A stretch of DNA of 64,000 nt. Source: a virus. Where the stretch lies: positions 28,974 to 92,973 of the IMG/VR virus record IMGVR_UViG_3300046665_000384; one strand, written 5' to 3'. The translations under genes were made by a program, and so were the position numbers. The notes under the pieces are model-generated. The model saw only the letters and a program-made list of their open reading frames with translations, searched no databases and was not told the origin of the DNA. Shown here piece by piece: positions 27,277 through 37,400 of the stretch (within the stretch, counting starts at the first letter, position 1; each line of letters begins with the position of its first letter).

Positions 27277-27531
27277 TCATGCGCCGTCTCCGGTCAGGTC
27301 CATCCCCGGCGGATACTTGCGGGCGAGCCAGATTTGCCCTTTGCTGGTCAGCTCCACGGACACGCGCATCTCTTCCGACCCCATGACGCGGAAATAGCCA
27401 CGGTTCACATAGTCCTGATACGGGCGGCCGAACTGTTGAAGGATGCCGTCGACCCGCATGCGCAGCACCAGCTGCTGCTCGTTGTGGTTGAGCGTTGCGG
27501 CAAAGTGCGCGATGGTGCAGCCGGGCTTCAT
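27277..27531 (-). CDS. antirepressor KilA-C/ANT-like domain protein
   Basis: PYQ.YV..GYF.V......T.KGQ.WL. Confidence 0.65.
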   Translation of the reverse strand: MKPGCTIAHFAATLNHNEQQLVLRMRVDGILQQFGRPYQDYVNRGYFRVMGSEEMRVSVELTSKGQIWLARKYPPGMDLTGDGA

Positions 27532-28118
27532 GCGGCCTTCCTGTACACATCGGTATCAGCTTGCTGGCGGCGCTGAACTTCCACCACGGCCCAGATGATT
27601 TCCGCCTGCGTTGCAACTGCTATCTGTGCCTCGTGGATGTCGAGCCCGAGGTCGATTGCCTCCACGTCTCCCTTGTTATGCTCGACATCGAGCGACCACT
27701 TACCCGTCTCTTCCGCGCGCAGGTAGACAGCAAAGGCGGCGTCAAGCGCATGTTGCAGGGCCTGCGCGTGCTCCTCGCCGAGGCCGCGCTCGGTCAGCAC
27801 GAGCGACATATTCAGGGCCTGCACGACATCGCCGTAGTCGTTGATACTCGCGTTCCCGTCGCACAAGTTCTTGAAACCGATACGGCAGGCAATAGCAATC
27901 CCCTTGAGTTGCGTGTCGCTCATCGGCTCGGCCAGCCCAGCGCGACGCTTGGCCTGCTTGTTCGCCGCACTGATGATCTGGGCCTTGAGACTGTTTTTAA
28001 TCCGGAGACCAGGCGCATCGAGATTGCGCTCCATCCGCGCGACCTTTTCGTCGAAGGTCTTGGGCGCTTTATATTTTTTATCGCGCTTGGCCGGGCTGGC
28101 GTGCTTACTGCGGCCCAT
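27528..28118 (-). CDS. hypothetical phage protein
   Basis: Coupled ORF downstream of cro. Confidence 0.6.
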   Translation of the reverse strand: MGRSKHASPAKRDKKYKAPKTFDEKVARMERNLDAPGLRIKNSLKAQIISAANKQAKRRAGLAEPMSDTQLKGIAIACRIGFKNLCDGNASINDYGDVVQALNMSLVLTERGLGEEHAQALQHALDAAFAVYLRAEETGKWSLDVEHNKGDVEAIDLGLDIHEAQIAVATQAEIIWAVVEVQRRQQADTDVYRKAA

Positions 28119-28335
28119 GCGCGGCTCCCTGCGCAAGCGTGGCACTGTGCTTGTCCATCAACCCCCGGATTCCGTCGACGAGCTGCGCCGAGGGGCGCGC
28201 CTTCTTCGGTTTGCTGCTCATGTGGTAGGCGATGTTCGGCTGCGAACATCCGCATTCTGCGGCGATGTCTGTCTGCCGCAGACCAGCCCGCCGCGTCAGC
28301 GCTTCGAGCGCTGCCTTTACATCCATGTCACTCAT
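28105..28335 (-). CDS. Cro-like HTH repressor
   Basis: GLRQTDIAAECGCSQPNI; divergent from CI. Confidence 0.8.
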   Translation of the reverse strand: MSDMDVKAALEALTRRAGLRQTDIAAECGCSQPNIAYHMSSKPKKARPSAQLVDGIRGLMDKHSATLAQGAAHGPQ

Positions 28336-28577
28336 GTCGATCCCTATAGAATTTATGTTGCCGGTGCGAAAACCCGCGTCCGATTATAAACATCTCGATA
28401 GGCGACGGGCAATACAGAATATTTTTTTTTATTACATTAAGGAAAATTAATAGACTCTCCTTTATTTCCAGTAACAGATCGTGTATAAATAGCGACATAT
28501 CAGGTTCTTTATACAAGGTTAAAGAACAACTAAACGTAGTTATGAGTTGCCAAAGCGCAACAAATCAAGGGGATCTA
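28336..28577. promoter_or_regulatory. AT-rich divergent lysis/lysogeny switch region
   Basis: AT-rich intergenic between cro-like and cI-like genes. Confidence 0.7.
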
Positions 28578-29234
28578 ATGAATCGAGTAGGTGAGCGCGT
28601 TCTTACAGTACGTAAGGAACGGGGGATGAACCAAACAGAGTTGGCAACCCTCGCCGGCCTCACGCAGCCGACAATCTCGGCGCTGGAGCGCGGCGGCTCG
28701 ACGACCAGCGGCAAGCTGGCATCGATAGCGGATGCCCTGAAGGTCAGTGCACTTTGGCTGGAGACGGGCATGGGCGAGCGCGACCTGCCGACCGTGGCGG
28801 ACCCGAACGATGCGCAGGTGCATCTGGTCCCGCTGCTGGACTGTCGCGGCAGCTGCGGCAATGGCCGTGAATACTATGGCGACCCGGAGAATGCTCCCAT
28901 TGCAGTGCCTGACCGCGTGCTCAAGCGCTACCACGTCCGACCGGAAAACTTGGTTGGCCTCTACGCTGACGGCGATTCGATGAACAGCTTCATCGTGCAC
29001 GGCGATATGCTGTTCTTCGACACCACCGCGTCTGACCTGAAGGACGGCGGGATTTACCTGCTGGACACTCCGGACGGCCTGCGCGTGAAACGCGTGCACC
29101 GCCGCGCGGATGGCCGCGTCAGCCTGCGCAGCGACAACCCGGACAAGACCCGCTACCCGGACGAGGAGTACAGCGCCGAGGCCGCCGCTTTGCTCACGAT
29201 CCGGGGCCGCTTCGTATTCCGCATGGGCGGATAA
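28578..29234 (+). CDS. CI-like repressor (XRE HTH plus S24 peptidase)
   Basis: NQTELA...GLTQPTIS.LE; SCGNG cleavage-site region; GDSM; VKRV; SDNP. Confidence 0.93.
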   Translation: MNRVGERVLTVRKERGMNQTELATLAGLTQPTISALERGGSTTSGKLASIADALKVSALWLETGMGERDLPTVADPNDAQVHLVPLLDCRGSCGNGREYYGDPENAPIAVPDRVLKRYHVRPENLVGLYADGDSMNSFIVHGDMLFFDTTASDLKDGGIYLLDTPDGLRVKRVHRRADGRVSLRSDNPDKTRYPDEEYSAEAAALLTIRGRFVFRMGG

Positions 29235-29257
29235 AACTTAGTTTTCCCATCCCCTCT

Positions 29258-29282
29258 AAACCTGCTTCGGCAGGTTTTTTTT
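29258..29282 (+). terminator. intrinsic terminator
   Basis: AAACCTGC-TTCG-GCAGGTTTTTTT. Confidence 0.85.
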
Positions 29283-29430
29283 CGTCTATACGGGGCGAAT
29301 TCTCACCAATTCTAACGAACAGACACAAATTTCACACGAAAGCAATAGCAAAATCGCAATGTGGTGTTTTTGCCGTATGCGCAATTATAGGCGCCGGTTG
29401 TCTTTTCACAAAAAAATATAGAAGTACCTA

Positions 29431-29459
29431 TTGCACATCAATATTTCCATCTCTATACT
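29431..29459 (+). promoter_or_regulatory. sigma70 promoter of recombination operon
   Basis: TTGCAC-N17-TATACT. Confidence 0.6.
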
Positions 29460-29596
29460 TTAACGCGTTGCAGTCGATAAATTTCATCGGCCAACCGCGA
29501 ACCTGAACGCGCACAGGTCGACTTGGATGTCCGTCAAATTCCACCAGTAACGCCGGGGCTGGCTCTTGAGCCCGGCATGTCCTGACGAGGGATCAC

Positions 29597-29740
29597 ATGC
29601 TTTCCTTTCAAGTCACCGTGCGCACCGGCAACGGCGAACCGTACCGGTTCTCGGCCATCGGCGCTACTGCTGGCGCGGTCTATGAAGCCGCCGCCGCCCG
29701 CTTCGGCTGGCTGTGCGCCGTTCTGGTTCGCCCAGCCTGA
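29597..29740 (+). CDS. 47-aa small protein
   Basis: GAGG RBS; MLSFQVTVRTG... Confidence 0.45.
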   Translation: MLSFQVTVRTGNGEPYRFSAIGATAGAVYEAAAARFGWLCAVLVRPA

Positions 29741-29743
29741 CCT

Positions 29744-29899
29744 ATGAGCACGACCGTACAGGCCCGCAGCCTCTTCCCGACTGACCGCCGCACGGCAGCA
29801 AAGTGGGTTTTGGCCCGTCGCTACCTCGCGCGCCGCAATCTCGCCCCGTACAAGGGGATGCCGATGGCGGCTCGCATCGTTCAACCGCGCGCCCAATAA
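29744..29899 (+). CDS. 51-aa basic protein
   Basis: AR.LF......AKWV.A.RYL motif. Confidence 0.45.
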   Translation: MSTTVQARSLFPTDRRTAAKWVLARRYLARRNLAPYKGMPMAARIVQPRAQ

Positions 29900-29921
29900 G
29901 CGCGCTCAACTGGAGAAGTCC

Positions 29922-31232
29922 ATGGGTGACAATTCGCCAGCCGCATTGGCTCAACTCGCCGCCACGCAAGATGCTGCGCTGGTAACGATGGGGTTCGGCA
30001 ACCTCAAGTCGTTTGAATTCACGTATCGCACCGCGACGATGTTCTCGCAGTCCACGATGGTCCCGGTGGACTATCAGGCGCAGACCCTGAAGGGCTACGG
30101 CCAGAACGCGAACTGGGTCCAGAACCCGGCCGCCATCTCGAACTGCATGATCGCGCTGGACATGGCGCACCGCATGAACATGCACCCGCTGCTGGTCATG
30201 CAAAACCTGCACGTCATCGAGGGCCGGCCGAGCTGGTCGAGCCCGTTCATCATCGCCGTCATCAACAGCTGCGGAGAATTCTCCAAGCTGCGCTTCGATC
30301 TGCAATGGTTCGACGGCGAGGTCGATGTCGAATACACCGTCTACGAATGGCAGCGCCCGGTCGGCGGCGACCGCGAGCGCACCGCAGTCAAGAAAACGGC
30401 GCGCATCCGCAACGCGAAGTGCATTGCGTGGGCCATTGAAAAAGAAACCGGCGAGCGGGTCGAGTCCGCACCGATCACGCTCGAAATGGCCGTGAAAGAA
30501 GGCTGGTACACGAAGAACGGCAGCAAGTGGCCGACCATGCCCGAGACGATGCTGCGCTACCGCTCGGCCGCGAACTTTGGCAAGGTCTACGTCCCTGAGC
30601 TGTTGATGGGCCTCCCCTCGGTCGAGGAGACGAAGGATGTGATCGACGTGGAGCGCCAGCCGGACGGCACCTACGCGGTGCCGCCGGCAGCGTCAGCCCC
30701 GGCCCCGGAGGCCGAGCCGGTGATGCCGCGCCCGCCGCGCGCTCGTGCTGCTGCGCCAGCTGCGGAGCCGGCCGCGCCGGCAGCTGCTGCGCCGGAACCT
30801 GCCCCCGCCGCTGCTGCCGCGCCGGAAGCGGCAGCGCCCACGCCGGCCGTCATTGAGGTGGCCACGGCCGAGGCCGTAACTGGCGAAGACCCGCCCTCCG
30901 ATCTGTTCGCCGGCATGGACGGCAGCGCCGAACCGGCGCAGGCCGAGCAGCCCGCAGCGGAAGCCCCGGCCCCGGAAAAGGTCACGACGCCAGCCGTGAC
31001 GCCTGAACCAGCCGTCACCGAGGCCGCCGTCGACAAGAAGAAGTCCAAGCGTAATCCGCTGTCGACGGCAAAGATCAAGTTCGTCAACGACCAGCTGGCC
31101 AAGGGGGAAAACGGCCTGACGCTGGCCCGGTTCGAGGCCGCCTACGGCATCAAGCCCGAGGGGCTGAGCGATGTCCAGTTCAAGAACGTTCTGGCGTGGC
31201 TGAAAGACCCGTCCATCGAAGCGGAGAAGTGA
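29922..31232 (+). CDS. RecT/Red-beta-like single-strand annealing protein
   Basis: S.MVP..YQ..NC.IALDMA.RM...PL.VMQNL.VI.GRPSWSS; SKW.TMPE.ML.YR. Confidence 0.75.
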   Translation: MGDNSPAALAQLAATQDAALVTMGFGNLKSFEFTYRTATMFSQSTMVPVDYQAQTLKGYGQNANWVQNPAAISNCMIALDMAHRMNMHPLLVMQNLHVIEGRPSWSSPFIIAVINSCGEFSKLRFDLQWFDGEVDVEYTVYEWQRPVGGDRERTAVKKTARIRNAKCIAWAIEKETGERVESAPITLEMAVKEGWYTKNGSKWPTMPETMLRYRSAANFGKVYVPELLMGLPSVEETKDVIDVERQPDGTYAVPPAASAPAPEAEPVMPRPPRARAAAPAAEPAAPAAAAPEPAPAAAAAPEAAAPTPAVIEVATAEAVTGEDPPSDLFAGMDGSAEPAQAEQPAAEAPAPEKVTTPAVTPEPAVTEAAVDKKKSKRNPLSTAKIKFVNDQLAKGENGLTLARFEAAYGIKPEGLSDVQFKNVLAWLKDPSIEAEK

Positions 31233-31810
31233 TGCTTACGTTTGACGAAGCCAAGCACGAGTACCGCTACGACGGCGTAGTGATTCCGGGTGTGACGACG
31301 ATCCTCAAGCCGCTGATCGACTACTCGCACGTCCCGGCCGACCGGCTCGCCGCCGCATCCCGGCTGGGCACGATGGTCCACAAGACCACGGAGCTATACG
31401 ACGAGGGCGTGCTCGACGAGGACGATCTGGACCCGATCCTCGTGCCATATCTGGAAGGCTGGAAGCGGTTCCGCCGCGAGGTGGAATTCGTGCCCGACAC
31501 CATCGAGCAGCGCCTGTACCACCCGGAACTCCGGTACTGCGGCACCTCCGACCGGACGGGTCGCGTGCGGGGCTACAAGTCCGTCGTGGACATCAAAAAA
31601 ATGATGACGCTCGGCCCGGTCATCGGCGTTCAGACCGCCGCATACATGGAAGCGCACAACCGGCACGGCGCGGGCATCGAGAAGCGGTACGCACTGGGCC
31701 TGCGCCCGGACGGCACGTACAGGCTTCAGGAATTCACCGACCCGACCGACTTTCCCTGCTTCGTGTCGCTTCTGACAACGTACAACTGGAGATTGAAACA
31801 TGGCACGTAA
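31232..31810 (+). CDS. PD-(D/E)XK exonuclease-like protein
   Basis: PGVTTIL, GT.VH, E..L....Y.GT.D....VDIK....Q.AAY. Confidence 0.8.
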   Translation: MLTFDEAKHEYRYDGVVIPGVTTILKPLIDYSHVPADRLAAASRLGTMVHKTTELYDEGVLDEDDLDPILVPYLEGWKRFRREVEFVPDTIEQRLYHPELRYCGTSDRTGRVRGYKSVVDIKKMMTLGPVIGVQTAAYMEAHNRHGAGIEKRYALGLRPDGTYRLQEFTDPTDFPCFVSLLTTYNWRLKHGT

Positions 31811-32627
31811 AAAGCCTGCCGAGCAGGCGCAAGATGCCGGCGCGGTCGCGACCCTGCCAGCGAATGCCCCCAAGGGGGCGGACCTGAACGCCGAGGTAGA
31901 CGAAGCGCTCGATGCACTGGTCGTCGAGAACATCGACTGTCCGATGATGTACGAACTGGCGGCCGCCGAACTCATCGACCTGCGCGAGATGTATAAACGA
32001 TTGGAGGAAAAGCGCTTTGCGATCACCCGCCCGATGGACGCGGCCAAGCAGCTCGTTCTGGACCTGTTCAAGCCCGCGCTGGCTCGCATTGACGCGAGGG
32101 TGCAGACCCTGAAGGCCGGCATGCTGGGCTACGAACAGTCGGAAAAGCGCAAGGCCGCCGCCAAGCAGGCCCTGCTCGACAAGATCGCGCTCGACCAGCG
32201 CGCGGCACTCGCCGCCGAGCAGGCGAAGCAAGCCGAGGAGGCTCGTTTGCAGAGCGAGCGCGCCGCGCAGCTCATGTCGGCCGGCGGTGACAGCACCGCC
32301 ATCGCCGAGGCGCTTGACCAAGCCGAACAGGCTCAGGAAATGGCGTCCGCGCTCCAGCAGACCACGATGGTTGTCAGCGCCGCCACGGCAGCGACCAACG
32401 TGCCAACGGTCGCGGGCGTCGTCTCCGCCGACGTGTGGAAGGCTCGCGTCACCGACATGGCCGCCCTCCTCCGCTTCATCGCCGACCACCCGGAACACCA
32501 CGAGTGGATCGACCTCAAGATGTCCGGCCTGCACGAGCTGGCCAAGTCCCAGCGCACGGCCATGCGCATTCCGGGCGTCGAACCGTACGAAGAACAAACC
32601 ATCGCCGCGCGCCGCCGGGCCGCATAA
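31800..32627 (+). CDS. coiled-coil recombination-associated protein
   Basis: R..IT.PM.....V..LF...; IPGV..YEE C-term. Confidence 0.65.
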   Translation: MARKKPAEQAQDAGAVATLPANAPKGADLNAEVDEALDALVVENIDCPMMYELAAAELIDLREMYKRLEEKRFAITRPMDAAKQLVLDLFKPALARIDARVQTLKAGMLGYEQSEKRKAAAKQALLDKIALDQRAALAAEQAKQAEEARLQSERAAQLMSAGGDSTAIAEALDQAEQAQEMASALQQTTMVVSAATAATNVPTVAGVVSADVWKARVTDMAALLRFIADHPEHHEWIDLKMSGLHELAKSQRTAMRIPGVEPYEEQTIAARRRAA

Positions 32628-32674
32628 CCACCCGCGCCGCGAAGGCGGCCACTACTTATAAGAGAGCCAACCCC

Positions 32675-33937
32675 ATGTGGATTAATAACGCGCAGGTCTA
32701 CCGCCTGCCCAAACGCTACGCCCTGACCTCTGCCCAGCTGATCGAAGCGCTCACGCCCCAGACGTTTGCCCCCTGCTCCAGCAACGAAGCCGAGCGCGCC
32801 GGCTGGGTACCGCCCCGTCCGGGCGGCGAACTGGTGCACGTCGTCCACGGCCAGATGATCCTCAAGCTGTGCGTGCAGAAAAAAGTCCTGCCGGGCGCGG
32901 TCGTGAACAAGGAGCTGAGGGCACGGTGCGCTCAGCTGGAAGAACAGCAGGGTTTCCCGCCCGGCAAAAAGGCGACCAAGGAACTGAAGGAGCGCGTCAC
33001 CGACGAGCTGCTGGCGAAGGCGTTCGCGAAGGACGATTTCACGATGGTGTGGATTGACTGCACCAACGGCTGGCTGGTGATTGACGCGGCCAGCGCCACC
33101 AAGGCCGACGCGGTGATCAAGCTGCTGCTCAAGGCGGTCGACCGGATGCCGCTCGAATCGCTGCGCGTGCAAAAGTCGCCGGTCGCGGTGATGACGGGCT
33201 GGCTGGAGTCCGACGAGGCCCCGCATGGCTTTACCGTGGATCAGGATGTGACGTTGCGCGCAAGCGGGACGAGCGACGCCACGGTGACGTACAAGCGCCA
33301 CAGCTTGGACCCCGAAGACATGCGCCGCCACATCGCCAACGGCAAGCAGTGCGTACGCCTCGCCCTGACGTGGAACAGCCGCGTGTCGTTCGTGCTCGAC
33401 GAATCGCTGGCCGTCAAGCGCATCCAGCCGCTGGACGTGATCAAGGAAAACACGGCCGTCACCTACAGCGACGACGAGCGTTACGACAACGACATCATGC
33501 TCATGACCGGCGAGATGGCCAAGCTGCTCGATGGCCTCGTGGAAGCGCTGGGCGGGTTCGCCGTCGACGGCGTGGATGTCGGCCAGCAGTCCGCGCTGCC
33601 CTCCTCCGCGCACGAGGCCGCGCGCCAGCTGCACCAGACCGTTGCGCAGGCCGGCGCTACCGCCACCCTGACCTTCGGAAATCGTTCCGTGACGTTTGGC
33701 GCGCAGGACGGTGAGAACGAGCAGGACGATGACGCCCTGTATGAGCAGGCTGTCGCCGTGGTGCGCGCCAACCAACGCGCATCCATCTCGCTCGTACAGC
33801 GCCACCTGCGCATCGGCTACAACCGCGCCGCGCGCCTGCTGGAAGAGATGGAGCGCAAGGGCGTCGTGAGCCCGATGGAGAGCAACGGCAACCGCACCCT
33901 GCTCCAGACCACCAATGACCAATCGGAGGCCGCATAA
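32675..33937 (+). CDS. rdgC: RdgC fused to C-terminal FtsK gamma domain
   Basis: MW..N..VYRL...GWVPP RdgC signature; C-term D.LYEQAV..V....[29 protein letters not shown]...NGNR. Confidence 0.92.
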   Translation: MWINNAQVYRLPKRYALTSAQLIEALTPQTFAPCSSNEAERAGWVPPRPGGELVHVVHGQMILKLCVQKKVLPGAVVNKELRARCAQLEEQQGFPPGKKATKELKERVTDELLAKAFAKDDFTMVWIDCTNGWLVIDAASATKADAVIKLLLKAVDRMPLESLRVQKSPVAVMTGWLESDEAPHGFTVDQDVTLRASGTSDATVTYKRHSLDPEDMRRHIANGKQCVRLALTWNSRVSFVLDESLAVKRIQPLDVIKENTAVTYSDDERYDNDIMLMTGEMAKLLDGLVEALGGFAVDGVDVGQQSALPSSAHEAARQLHQTVAQAGATATLTFGNRSVTFGAQDGENEQDDDALYEQAVAVVRANQRASISLVQRHLRIGYNRAARLLEEMERKGVVSPMESNGNRTLLQTTNDQSEAA

Positions 33938-34905
33938 TGACCCCGCCGAAATATGCCTCCCTGAAGGTAGCTGCCGAGAGCAAGATCGAGGGCGTGAAGA
34001 AGGAGACCATTTTTCAGGTCGACCCGTTTATCGTCGAAGTTGAGCCGGGCTTCAATCGCCCCCTCAGCCGTGACCACATCGAATCGATCAAGATGTCGTT
34101 GCGTAGCGGCGCGGAACTGGACCCGATCTGGGTCCGCGTTCACCGGACCGCCGATACCAGCCGCATCGTCATGGTGGACGGTGAACATCGGCTCTGGGCA
34201 GTCCGCGAACTGGTCGAAGATTTCCGTGCCGGACGGGAAGGCGGGCGCGAAATCCCGCTCATGTCGGCCAAAGAGTTCAAGGGCAGCGACGCCGACCGGA
34301 TCGCGCACCTGCTGACCAGCGCGCAGGGCCTGTCCATCGCCCCGCTCGACCTCGGCATCCAGTACAAGCGTCTGCTGAGCCTGCACTGGACTCGCCAGCA
34401 GATTGCGGAACGCGTGGGCAAGTCGATCACGCACGTCGACGAGTGCATCATGCTGGCTGAGGCGAATACTGACGTGCAGCAGGCTGTGCGTAAGGACGAG
34501 GTGTCCGCGTCCCTTGCTGCGGAGATTCTTCGCGAGCATGGGGACGATGCCGGCAAGGTGATCCAGCAGGAACTGGTGAAGGCCAAGAGCAGTGGCAAGA
34601 GCAAGGTTACGCGCGCTGGCATGAAGGGCCGTGCCATGCCCCGCAAATTAACCGAACGCGTCACGGAATCTTTTGGCGTGTTCGCGGAGCGGATCACCCT
34701 GCCGCCATCGCTGCCCGATCTGTCGAATCTGCCACCGGAGACCGAGGTAGAGGTGCAGGTCAAAATCCCGGCATCCATGCTGGCGGAGCTGAAGGCGGCG
34801 CATGAGGAATTGCTCAAGCACCGTGCGAAGGCCGCCGCACAGCAGGAACGGAATGAGCCCGCCCCTGAAGCTGGCAATGCCGACGATAACAAGGCCGGCG
34901 AGTAA
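33937..34905 (+). CDS. ParB-N domain protein
   Basis: VEPGFN.R-like, MVDGEHRL.A, HTH IA.RVGKS..HV. Confidence 0.75.
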   Translation: MTPPKYASLKVAAESKIEGVKKETIFQVDPFIVEVEPGFNRPLSRDHIESIKMSLRSGAELDPIWVRVHRTADTSRIVMVDGEHRLWAVRELVEDFRAGREGGREIPLMSAKEFKGSDADRIAHLLTSAQGLSIAPLDLGIQYKRLLSLHWTRQQIAERVGKSITHVDECIMLAEANTDVQQAVRKDEVSASLAAEILREHGDDAGKVIQQELVKAKSSGKSKVTRAGMKGRAMPRKLTERVTESFGVFAERITLPPSLPDLSNLPPETEVEVQVKIPASMLAELKAAHEELLKHRAKAAAQQERNEPAPEAGNADDNKAGE

Positions 34906-34911
34906 CGGCCC

Positions 34912-35115
34912 TTGGGGACGCTCATGCAACTGTCCTTCTTTGACGAGCCCGACCAACCGCCCGTGCCGCCGGCTACGGGGACCGCCCCAACGATTGTAGC
35001 CACGCCTTATGGTCGCTGTTCGGCATGCGGGGTTACTTTCCTTGCGGTAGAATGGTTGCCTTGGAGGAAGGCCGGATTCTGCACCAAACAACACCATGCT
35101 AAATCAAACGGTTAA
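34912..35115 (+). CDS. small zinc-finger protein
   Basis: QLSFFD; CSACG...FC...H. Confidence 0.35.
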   Translation: MGTLMQLSFFDEPDQPPVPPATGTAPTIVATPYGRCSACGVTFLAVEWLPWRKAGFCTKQHHAKSNG

Positions 35116-35460
35116 GTGTGGTTTGGTAATGTTTAGTTCAGTGCGGTTTGGTTTGGTACCACACCAAACCATGCTAAACCATCCTATCTAGATTATCTAG
35201 ACCCGGTGCGGTGCGGAACCATATAGTTTGACATGGTGTGGCATGGTGTGGTTCGGTACCAAATAGTGCGGTTTGGTGTAATGTCGTATCAGCGTTGCGC
35301 CCCGGCGCTCAGCTCGTATTGGTACCACACCGAACCACTCCGCATCTAACCGTGTGGTTTCACATCAAACCATATCGAACCAGACCGAACTAAGCCATAT
35401 GGAATAGTTTCGTGCGGTTAAAAACCAAACCGTATGCCACCGATCCATACCGCACGGTAT
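35082..35460. repeat. 5-bp-periodic repeat array (centromere/parS candidate)
   Basis: Dense GGTTT/GGTGT/ACCAA/ACCAC units in both orientations, immediately upstream of parA. Confidence 0.65.
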
Positions 35461-35531
35461 CAAATTTCCCTTGCCATTAAATATAAATAACCTGATAATT
35501 GCTACATCATTACTTACTTTGGTGTAACAAC

Positions 35532-36173
35532 ATGATCATCCTCATTGGCGGCGAAAAGGGCGGTACCGGGAAGACCACCACGGCAATCAACCAAGTTGTC
35601 GTCCGCGCCCGTCAGGGTCGCGAGGTGGCGCTGGTGAACTGCGACAAGCAGGAGAGTGCGGCCCAGTGGGCGGCAATCCGGGCGAAAGAGCGCTTTACCC
35701 CGGCAATACCTTGCTTTTCGATCTATGGCGACACCGTGCACGAAAACATCCGGTCGCTGGCAACCAAGTACGAGGACATCGTGATCGATGCTGGCGGACA
35801 GGACTCCGCCGAGCTGCGCTCGGCAATGCTGGTGGCCGATGTCATCATTACGCCGGCCAAGCCATCGCAATTCGACGTGTTCACCCTGTCGAAAATGGAC
35901 AAGCTCGTCTCTCTGGCGCGCTCGTTTAACACCACCCTGAAAGCTGCCATCTTGACCAGCATCGCGCCGACCCATCCGGGGATGACGGATGTTGCTGAAA
36001 TGGCCGAGTTTGTCGAAAGCCTGCCGAACTACCACCTGCTTAAAACGGTCGTGCGTGACCGCAAGGCGTATCGCAACTGCGCACGCGACGGCAAGGGTGC
36101 TGTCGAGTACGATCGCGGGGACGAGAAAGCCGCCGCCGAGATGGCCGCCTTGGGCGAGGAGATTTGGGCATGA
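35532..36173 (+). CDS. parA: ParA partition ATPase (type Ib-like)
   Basis: KGGTGKTT, D.Q.S, IVIDAGG.DS.ELR. Confidence 0.92.
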   Translation: MIILIGGEKGGTGKTTTAINQVVVRARQGREVALVNCDKQESAAQWAAIRAKERFTPAIPCFSIYGDTVHENIRSLATKYEDIVIDAGGQDSAELRSAMLVADVIITPAKPSQFDVFTLSKMDKLVSLARSFNTTLKAAILTSIAPTHPGMTDVAEMAEFVESLPNYHLLKTVVRDRKAYRNCARDGKGAVEYDRGDEKAAAEMAALGEEIWA

Positions 36174-36679
36174 TCCAGCCGAAAAAGGGCTTTCTCCAGC
36201 CTCAAGATTTCATAAATGGCGCCAACGAACCCAGCACCACAATGGTGATCGGGGGCGCGGAAGATGCATTGGCCGCTCTCGGAATCACGCCGCCGGCACC
36301 GGCCCCCGTGCCTGCGGTCGTACCCGAGACTCAAGCCGAAGCGGCTACACCAGAGCCTGCGGCCGCTACGGCCGACCAACCGGTGGCCGCTGCGGAAGCG
36401 CCAGCGCCAGCCCCGGCAGCAACGCCGGAAAAGACGCGCACTACCACCAAGGCGAAGGAAAAGACTGCGCCCGCCAAGCCCAAGGCCCCATGGGACGACG
36501 CCAGCGACAAGCTGATGACCGGCATCAACTGGCGGCACAGCGAGCAGCTGCACAAAAAGCTGGAGTGGGTGAAGGACAACGTGCCCAAGCACAGCTCCCT
36601 CCAGAAGATCATCGACAAGGCGGTCGAGGACTACGTGACCGCCCTGATCGCGAAACACTACGATCCGGAGGCGGAGTGA
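36170..36679 (+). CDS. ParA partner, C-terminal ribbon-helix-helix-like
   Basis: FI.GA N-term, linker, PW...GINWR.SE.LH.KLEW...SLQKII..AV. Confidence 0.7.
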   Translation: MIQPKKGFLQPQDFINGANEPSTTMVIGGAEDALAALGITPPAPAPVPAVVPETQAEAATPEPAAATADQPVAAAEAPAPAPAATPEKTRTTTKAKEKTAPAKPKAPWDDASDKLMTGINWRHSEQLHKKLEWVKDNVPKHSSLQKIIDKAVEDYVTALIAKHYDPEAE

Positions 36680-36870
36680 TCCGGTCCGCCGGCTGGCGCG
36701 CCTGCGGCCAGCTGGCGCGTCTCTTCCGCGTAATCCTGCGCGCAGCTGGTCGAGCACCAGAGCGCTTTCGGCGGCACCTTGTAGCCGCACATGTGGCAGC
36801 ACCCGACCCCGTATAACGCCCCGCCAGAGGCCCGCCGCGCCATCCTTGCCTGCGTCACCTGTTCGCTCAT
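36658..36870 (-). CDS. zinc-ribbon protein (DUF2116-like)
   Basis: CHMCG....WCSTSC..DY. Confidence 0.55.
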   Translation of the reverse strand: MSEQVTQARMARRASGGALYGVGCCHMCGYKVPPKALWCSTSCAQDYAEETRQLAAGAPAGGPDHSASGS

Positions 36871-37400
36871 TTCGATCCTTCCGGCTCCACGTAAAACCCG
36901 TTTTCGAGCGCGAATTGCTGGTGCCCCCGTGCTACTGCGGTGGCCTTGTCTGCTTCCTTTGCCAGTCGTCCAGCGCCTTCTGTAAATCGGTCAACAGCTT
37001 GTTGTACTGCTTCTGGAAATACAACGGTTCCGGCAGCGGCTGCATCAGGTCCGCCGGCACCTGCGGCTTCGGGCGATCCGGCAGCGCCACTACAGCCGGC
37101 GAAGGCAAGGGCGGGGAGGCGCACGCTTGCAACAGGAGCCCGGTAATCGAGCACGCGAGCAACTTCTTTTTCAAATACATCGGACACCTTTCTGGCTTTC
37201 GCCTCGTTGTTCGCCCGCGCCTTGGCGTTGTCGTCCACGCGCGCCAGTACCGCGCCGATCACGGCATCCTTGCCCTTGCTCTCGACGGTTGCGGCGGCCG
37301 CGCGCTGGTCGGCGCGGCCGTAGTCATAGGCGAGGTAGTGGGTCACGCCCAGCGCCAGCACGGCGGCCACGCACAGGGCCAATTTCACTTCGCCGCTCAT
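36867..37400 (-). CDS. i-spanin (Rz-like)
   Basis: N-term TM helix then helical periplasmic domain; follows endolysin. Confidence 0.7.
   Translation of the reverse strand: MSGEVKLALCVAAVLALGVTHYLAYDYGRADQRAAAATVESKGKDAVIGAVLARVDDNAKARANNEAKARKVSDVFEKEVARVLDYRAPVASVRLPALAFAGCSGAAGSPEAAGAGGPDAAAAGTVVFPEAVQQAVDRFTEGAGRLAKEADKATAVARGHQQFALENGFYVEPEGSK
36932..37180 (-). CDS. embedded o-spanin lipoprotein (Rz1-like)
   Basis: Lipobox LQAC, Pro-rich, fully nested in Rz in another frame. Confidence 0.8.
   Translation of the reverse strand: MYLKKKLLACSITGLLLQACASPPLPSPAVVALPDRPKPQVPADLMQPLPEPLYFQKQYNKLLTDLQKALDDWQRKQTRPPQ

Noticed and set aside
35082-35460. CRISPR array
   Set aside because: No constant repeat with unique spacers; degenerate pentamer tract
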